A DNA stretch of 64,000 bases from Eledone cirrhosa (lineage: Eukaryota): positions 46,996,001 through 47,060,000 of the forward strand of contig OZ024742.1 in assembly GCA_964016885.1 (NCBI GenBank), given 5' to 3'. Below the pieces are notes generated by a model, which worked only from the letters and a program-made list of their open reading frames with translations, had not been told where the DNA came from and ran no database searches. Below, piece by piece: positions 55,749 to 64,000 of the stretch; position 1 is the stretch's first letter, and every line of letters begins with the position of its first letter. Both the position numbers and the translations under genes were made by a program.

Positions 55749-56154
55749 GTGAGTTGTTACATAAAACTAACAGAAGTTATTAGAGTTTGGCTAGCTGAAA
55801 ACTCCTGATAATCTACCCATGTATAATGATGAATGCCTTCTGGTAGTGTAGCCACATTACAACTAAGTTGCCGTAGTTAATCTCTGTTTTTTCTACATAA
55901 TTTTTTAAATTATCTGCTATTATATATAGCTCAAGAATTCCATCTTTTCCCCAGTTTGTGCAAGCTAGGGAGGGCAATGATATATTAACGATTGTGTAAG
56001 CAAATCTACGAAGCTGCAAGGTTTGATGGAAATATTAATGTAAATCCCTCCAATATACGCGCTAAGCTTCAAACAATAAGTAGCTTCAGAGTGGATGAAT
56101 TAGTTCTGGATATACTGCCGGAAAATAAAATGAGATGTTTATGACTGAAGTACT

Positions 56155-56660
56155 TTTAGAGCGTTAGACACCATGCTTTTCAGCATAGGGTTATAGCCCT
56201 TTATGTTCTGAGTTTAAATCCCGTCGAGGTTAACTTTGCCTTTCATCCTTACGGAGTCGATACAAATAAAAGCACCAGTAATCCACTGGAATAATTCCTG
56301 GCCTTGTGCCAAAAGTAGAAACAATTATAGTCCTGCTTGAACATAGCTAACCAACTGGATCCTAAAGAATAAAATCCAGAACAAGTGTGATATATTCATG
56401 CTGGTATAAATTTAGTAGTAATCGGCATATGGTATGATATTAATAATAATGATTTCTAATTTAGGCACAAGGCCAACAGTTTGTGGCAGTTGGGAAAGGT
56501 CATTACATCGACCTCTGTATGTGACTGGTACTTTATTTTATCGACCCCCAAAAGGATGCAAAGCAAAGTAGACATTGGCGGGATTTGAACTCAGGACGTA
56601 AAGATCAGGAATAAATACTGCAAAGCATTTTCACCGGTACTCTAACGATTTTGGCATTAA
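56155..56660. mobile_element. Two tRNA-SINE copies (+ 56155-56328; - 56450-56660)
   Basis: Core and tail motifs as in the other copies. Confidence 0.75.
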
Positions 56661-57489
56661 CAATAATATTCATATCACATTTACAAAATCTAATTTGTAA
56701 ATTAGTAACATCATTCTCACATTTTCTCAAACATAATATCTCTTTTATATATTTTTATTTTTAAAACGGTAAGTGTGACTTTGAGTAGATGGGGCTGATA
56801 TATCGAGAAGCGAGAACAACCACGGAAGAGATTTCATTGTAGGTATCCGTGTAACTATTGTTGTTATATACTCGATTCTCATCCATTACTCGGAACTCAT
56901 CGATGACTCGGATCTAGCTCATCTATTATAAAAGCTGCTCCTGTAATGACAATCTAGTCATTTTGTTTGACATAGTATATATGGTTCAATATCTTTAAGA
57001 CAGCAATGACTGATTTGACGAATATTTGAGTGCTATCTCGAGTAAATCGAGTGATCACGTAGTATCTAAATCCTTGTAGGTTTGTTGATGCTATAGTTGT
57101 CGTTATTATCATAAGCATCGGCAATGTTTCGTCTCTGCTACAGTTTCTGGAACACTTATTTGTGTTGTTATTGTTGTATCTGCAATCATTTTCATGAACG
57201 AAAGGCACAGAAAATATTGAATCATAAGCATTGGTAGTATATTTTCTGCCTTTTGCTATTTCCTTTCATTTTAATGCAGTTTATGTTAAGAATTGGAACG
57301 ACTCCAAAATATTCAACAAGAATGTTCAAGTAGAATCTACATTACACTGCAATACCGCGATGTATTTTAAGCATACCACGAATCTCTCACCTCATTAACG
57401 ATCTTAGTTTTGCATTCATACATTTTTGCTTCTGTCTATATCTCTCTATATACGTATAAATTCTAGACACACGCTCGCAGATGTATATA

Positions 57490-57612
<123 letters not shown>

Positions 57613-58336
57613 TTATATATACAGATAAAGATATATATATATATATTAGAATATTTATTATATGTGTGTGTGTGTGTGTGTGAATGTGTGTGTGCGCACG
57701 TGGGTGTTTGTGTGTGCATATATATATATATATATACGTATATGTAACGTTATATCGGTATATACACAGATGGGTGGGGATAACAGTAACTGCGCCATTG
57801 TATATATAAACATACATATTTTTGATGTATAGGCTTGTAAACATGACGGAAATATGAATTTCCTTCTAAATAGAATGATAAACATCTTTACTCGATTTTC
57901 AAACCTAGTTAGTTCTTTATCAGAAGTTGTGTCATCTAAACAACCGCAAAGAAACACGTATTGCAAAAATATTGACTCATAATTGTATTCTTAAATGCAC
58001 ATACCAATTTGCATATAATCGGTGCATGTGTTGGTAGTTAATTAAGATATATATTAAGGAGTGCGCAAATCAGCCAAAGTGTTCAATAATGGTATATCTC
58101 TATATATGCAGAAGCAGGTAATTGACTCTGCAGTAATGTATATATAATATAGAGATATATTTAACATATAGTCATGTAAAGATGCCAGAAATACGAATTT
58201 CCTGTAAATCAAAAAATATAAGCATCGGCGCAGTCTCGGTTACCCACTCTATATATGTACAGATATTGATCTATCGTCCACTTCGGTTGCTTTGCGTGCT
58301 TCTTAATGTCTTATCATATATATACACATACACACA

Positions 58337-58402
<66 letters not shown>

Positions 58403-58436
58403 ATATAAAGGTTTACATATACATAAACTAGACAGA

Positions 58437-58477
<41 letters not shown>

Positions 58478-58481
<4 letters not shown>

Positions 58482-59146
58482 GTTTTTGGCAACCATTCAC
58501 GGTGTGGCTCAATGACGATTTAATTAATTATACAATCAACAATCAGAGCAATATAAAAGAAAGTAAGTCCATAGAATCATTTGATAAAATATATACAGTA
58601 TTTCTACTCCCAATCAGCATAATCAACCACATAAAAAATCAATTAAACGAGGCTATAAGTTTAAAATGTACCTATGAGCAAACGATAGCTATTTTATCCG
58701 CGATCTACAGCCACAGAATATTTACCCAGTATTTCTAATAGCCCGTAGAAATGGACTAGACATATAGCTAACGATATACAATTAAGTACAAAATCAAAGT
58801 TAGAAAAAAAAATGTAAATAAACATACCAAAAACATGGTTCTACCCCCTGAGGTTTCATTCGCTTGTTGGAAATATCCGATCATGGATAAATCAACGAGT
58901 TTCGAAATCATCAAGAAACAAACTCAATTGGACAAAGATTTTTCTTAAATGATCCCCGCCAGAAACGAATTCAAAATGGCTAAGAATTGTCACATGGCCA
59001 GTGGTCAAGTCAGAAAGCTTGTGATTGGTGCCTGACGGCGAGTATGCTGGTTGTATGAAAGCGCAGCTGAATACTGCCTAAAGTGTTACTCAACCTTACG
59101 GGAGTATATAAAATATAGAGATTTACATATACATAAACTAGACAGA

Positions 59147-59152
<6 letters not shown>
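58478..59152. mobile_element. Family H two-ended insert
   Basis: 58482-58648 matches 61617-61805 directly; 59095-59152 matches 61812-61870 inverted. Confidence 0.55.
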
Positions 59153-59196
<44 letters not shown>

Positions 59197-59200
<4 letters not shown>

Positions 59201-61462
59201 AGGAAGCAGAACATTGTTTATTGTGATCCAGTTCGTGGTTACGAAAGCCAGTTTCATGTACGGGTTCAACGTACGGATAGGGGTAACTCCAAAAGTTTGT
59301 AAAAATTCCGTTCAGTCTTGGAGTATAAAGTATAAAAGAGAAAACACAGGTAAGCATTAAGAGAAGGATTTTATCCAGGTATTTACGACCGTTTCATTGG
59401 TAAGTGCAACCTTATATTGCTATACAGCAAATAGCAGCCACTCATTTATAATTGTTGTTCACGTCCAAATTTTCAAAATAGTGAGTAAGTTACTCTTGAA
59501 ATAGTTCTTAATATATAGAGAAACACATTTTTTTGGAATTGTATTTACTAGTATAGAGAGAGAGGAAGAGGAATTAGAAAGTGAGGAGACAAACGGAATA
59601 GTATAGAGAGAGAGAAAGGGGGAGTAGAGTTAGGAAGTAGAGTGACAAACTGAGATGGAGGGAGGGGTAGAGGTGGAAAGATTCCTTGATCAGTTTTGAT
59701 ACGTAGACTTCATGCCGTCTATTGTAGTGAGTTAAAGAGAATTAAATTGATCATAGTGGGAGGGATGGAGAGTGAGAGTGAGGGGGCGGGAGATATAAAG
59801 AGATAAATATATATATAAAAAATAAAGATAAAAATAATAATGATAACAATAAAAGTAAAGAAGGGGGAGAAAGAAGAAAAGAAAAGATAGCCAAAAAGGG
59901 GAGGGAAGAAAGGAAGAAAACGAAGAAATAGAAGAGGAATGAAGGAGAAGGGAGGGATATAGGTATTGGTTTCTGTGGGTAATTAAAGGGGTTAGATACA
60001 ATAAGAGGGTATAAAGTCTAGGTATATGCAGTTTGTCAGTTGGTAGTAAGAGGTTAAGGGTTCGATTTACCCTTGTAGTGCGAAAAGTTTTCTTTGAGTC
60101 TATGGCTACAATAAATTGATCTTTCGATTTTATTGTTGAGTAACTTATTCTTCGAACTCAAAATGTGGAACAGCTCAAGGTCACATAATCGACAGCTTCT
60201 CATACCACTCCGATATGGAGGCGCGTTCGATAATTTTTTCCACTTCAGGGTGTATTGATGGTTACTTTCCCTCAGGTCTTGTTTGCAAGGGTAGTTACAT
60301 AACGATGCTGGGAATATTTCATTGCGTAACGGTTTCATATACCAATGGGCTTTAAATGTATTCCCAGTCGCACCGATATAATACCATTTCTGGTTGTCTG
60401 GTTCCACTGTGCATTGGTAAACCAGGTTAGACTGCATACATTCATTATGCAATGGACAGGTTTCAGGTAGGTGGCAGTTACAATTCTTGTCATGGGCAAC
60501 TTTGGCATTATTGGTGGGCTGCGATGCCTGTACAAGTGTGTTACGTTTTGTTTGCCTATTATTAGGTGGTTGTGTATTAGATATTCTGTTGTCTTCAATG
60601 GTGATTGTATTGTTATTGTTATAAAATTGTGTTCTGGTGTTGTTATGTATCTTTTTAGCGTTAAGTACCTTAATGTGTGCCTCTATATTTGGTGCTGTGG
60701 AGTAAGATAGTCTAATAGATTAGTGTTAATGATTTTGCTGTATCTATGTGAATCTGGAAAGTGCTTATTTATTATTCTAAAGAAGGTAGAGGGTAGGTTA
60801 GTACCAATAGAGGTGTTAAATATGTGGTTATACCAAATATATTTTCGGCTGCGTGACTTGTTTGATTTCGATGTTGTATTTCTATTTACCGTATAATTTG
60901 TAGTTCTATGCGTAAATGCGTGTGTGCGTGCGTTTCTCGAGTTTGTGTTATGCGTGTTCGTGTGCGCTTTGCGGAGGCTTTCATCTATATATTCTACTCT
61001 ATCTAAGTGGCCTGCCTTGTCTAATGCGGTATTGTAGTATTCTGCATGTTCCTCAAAGATTTGTCGGTTAGACGAGAGTCGGGAGATCCTAAGGGATATG
61101 CTGCGTGGAATGGATTTAATTATGGATAGTGGGTGGTTGAGTTACAGTTGATGTATGCTAAGTTTTCATTAATCTTGTGAAAAGGTCTTATAAGTCCCGT
61201 ATTTAGGTTAAGTGTTGCGTCTAGAAAGTTAACTGTTTTAGTGCTATACTCATACGTTATGCTAAGGGCTAGTTTCCCGAGAGTCTTTCTAATATTCTTA
61301 CGGGGTCTTTCTATGCTCTGGTTATTTAGGGTCTTAACTAGGAGAAGGGCTTCGTCTCTGTAGATTCCACCGTGAAGATCGCTAAACTGACTCTGTAAAC
61401 TATGGGCTATGTAAATACCTACTAAATCTGTGACTTGAGCCGAGTCGTTATCCCCCATCGTG
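59197..61462 (-). mobile_element. Hydra-type PLE (family G), truncated in RT, frameshifted
   Basis: MGDNDSAQVTDLVG..GGIYRDE..NFLDATLNL (61120-61460); NLVYQCTV..YYIGATGNTFK..KWKK..CRLCDLE..LLNNKIE..CSH (60054-60452). Confidence 0.9.
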
Positions 61463-61476
61463 AATGGTTGCCAAAA

Positions 61477-61621
<145 letters not shown>

Positions 61622-64000
61622 TGGCAACCATTCACGGTGTGGCTCAATGACGAATTAATTAATTAAACAATCAACAATCACAGCAATATATAAGTAAGTA
61701 AGTCCATAGAATCATTTGCTAAAATATATACAGTATTTCTTTGATAAAATATATACACTATTTCTGCTGCCAATTAGCATAATCAACCATATAAACAATC
61801 AATTATATATCTATGGCTCTGTCTAGTTTATGTATATCTAAACCTCTATATTTTATATACTCCCGTAAGTTTGAACCTTAGTTGAGCGTTTTGTTCTTGA
61901 CACCAAAAACATCAAAAAGATGCGTGATGTAGTTTTCTTTTAGACTGAAAAAATACTGTTCAAGCAGAGATCCACGAGGAAGACTGTTTCAAACCTGCTC
62001 AATGCGTCTAATATATCTGCGTTGTGTATGTGTATGTATGTTGTGGTGGTATTTATATTTGCCTAGGGGTACACTGTTCAACTTTCCAGATCCCCTTTGA
62101 AGCATGTGGTGTGTGCTGTAAAGGGGATCAAATTGATATTTGAAGTAGTTCCCGCATAAAGGTATATTTCTTGATTCTATATGAAAGGTTTTTAATGATA
62201 TTAACGTTATTTAAACCTTGTTCAGCTTTACTCGAATAGATGTATGCTCAAAGTCCGTTGTCAAATCTCATTTTATATAGCTTCAAGTACCTCCTTACTT
62301 TTCTTTTATTTAAAGACAGTAAAGGCTGATTTGATAGGTATGGAGCCACAATGTCTGACTGGACGTATGCCTTATTAAAGATAGTATAGTTATTGTGTAA
62401 CACTAGGTAAGCTAAGATCGATGTCGACTATGGTCAAAAGCATTTCAACCCTGACCATCTCTGTTTTTTCAGACCATTCAGATCTTGATCAATGTGTCCT
62501 CCCCTTTTTGTTCATGGTGAGTTATGATACTGCAATTTCTATCATTTTATCCCTAGTAGTCCTTTAATGTTTACTTTTAAGGATTATGAGGAGAGCGGTG
62601 GATTAGAAGAGACGTTAGAGTATCGGTAGATTACATTTGGCTATACCTACTGGCTGTCTGCGTTCTGTGTTCTATTATCGCTGAGGTAACTTTACCTTTC
62701 ATTCTTCCGAGGGCGATATAATCAGCTTCTTCAGTTCTCTTAGCATGCTAGGTTGTTAGAAATATTTCATAAACATTTTTATTCTAACGAATTCGTTTGT
62801 CAATTAATTATCTCTTGTTGTTTATGTTTCTGCCGGTTTGGAAAACGATATTGTGTAACTGATGTCGCTTCCTGCTAACACAGTTGGAACAGATATGCGA
62901 CATCTGTTAGGCTTCAATTTTTTTATTACTCTTTCTATTAATATATGACTAGTCCATTCACTTAATTAGTGTTTTTCATAAAGATGACCTCTCTACGTAT
63001 TCAACTTTACATGTTTAAAGAGTCCTGCCTATTGTTTTATTTATTCGTTTGCATTTGTCACTGCTCTTGTTATTTGTGTTCGTCGCTTATATTAATTGCC
63101 TGTGTCACTTATGTTATTTTCATGTCGTGTTGTATGATTGATATTTGTGTTATTTATCCAGTAAGCCAGTGGATTTTAAGAAAAGTAGCACAATATTGTT
63201 ATTTTCTTGACCAATATAGATCAGACATATAATCAAAACCATTCCACAAGATAGTGTCTCATGAACTACTCATCCGTTGTATACATAATTAAAAAATCAG
63301 TGTGGTTTGAACGATAATTGGCTATTATTTCTAGCAAGTTGAGCGATCGTATAGAGAATTTGTCGTTGCTACGCGTCAGCAATAAAACATCTGTAGAAAC
63401 TGACATTTATTGTTCCGAACACTTTTGGAAGAACTCACTCAGTATTACTTCATTTTCATAAAAATGTAAAACTAATTACTTCTACTGCGATTTATTCTCG
63501 ATATTTTCTGCTACTTAATGTTACCTTTGAAGAAATCAACAAGTAGTTAAAATGCAAAATATATTAAAGCAATGATTATAACAAAAACAACTTAGGCCCC
63601 CGATTGCAAGATTTTAAGAGAGGGCCAATAACACAAAAAAGTGTGTGCTATTTAGAGCGGTCAATGATGAACCTATATAGAAAAGGAAACGGAAAAGGAA
63701 AATAAAATATTATAACATTTCCCGACAAAGCTTTCCATGCCGGTTTCTAATTTAGGCACAAAGTAAGCAAATTGTGGGGGAGAGAATGTCGATTAGATAG
63801 ATTCCAGAACCAGAATTGGAGTGGCGCATTATTTTATGGACATCTAATAAAATCTGCAAATCCTAGCAAGAATATTCTGTGTTAGGTAGATATAAATTGT
63901 ATTGCTTTTACATGTATTGCTTACTCATTTACGTGTTCCAGTCATGTTATAAAATGTGGGCTAGTTGGGGTTGCGTTTGCAGCGCTCCAATCAATAAGAT

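Overview
AT-rich, microsatellite-dense eukaryotic DNA. The SINE, maT and Penelope-like repertoire points to an animal, most likely an octopod cephalopod (inference). No host gene could be assigned; there are only isolated exon-like segments. The window is dominated by (TA)n-embedded Penelope-like retroelements (PLEs): a near-intact Hydra-type RT + GIY-YIG element (30392-34920, one nonsense codon), several truncated Hydra-type copies, a Neptune-type element, and many non-coding derivatives. Reading their ends by hand gave about 20 type I hammerhead ribozyme (HHR) motifs from about 10 families. These include non-canonical cores: CAGAAGA, CCGAAGA, and U3-A8 covariant UUGAUAA/UUGAAAA. Most notably, inserts from at least six unrelated families share a two-armed, outward-pointing structure. 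One arm stops at a fixed internal site X and the other at a fixed distal site Y, both abutting (TA)n. Other highlights are a non-coding ~580-nt HHR tandem that looks retrozyme or circRNA-like, and inverted copies of target DNA across (TA)n at PLE 5' junctions. Also present: a decayed Helitron, a hAT (Buster-like) element with TIR/TSD and a 40-bp minisatellite, maT, CRE and RTE-like fragments, and many tRNA-derived SINEs. All folds and alignments were done by eye; coordinates of decayed elements are approximate.
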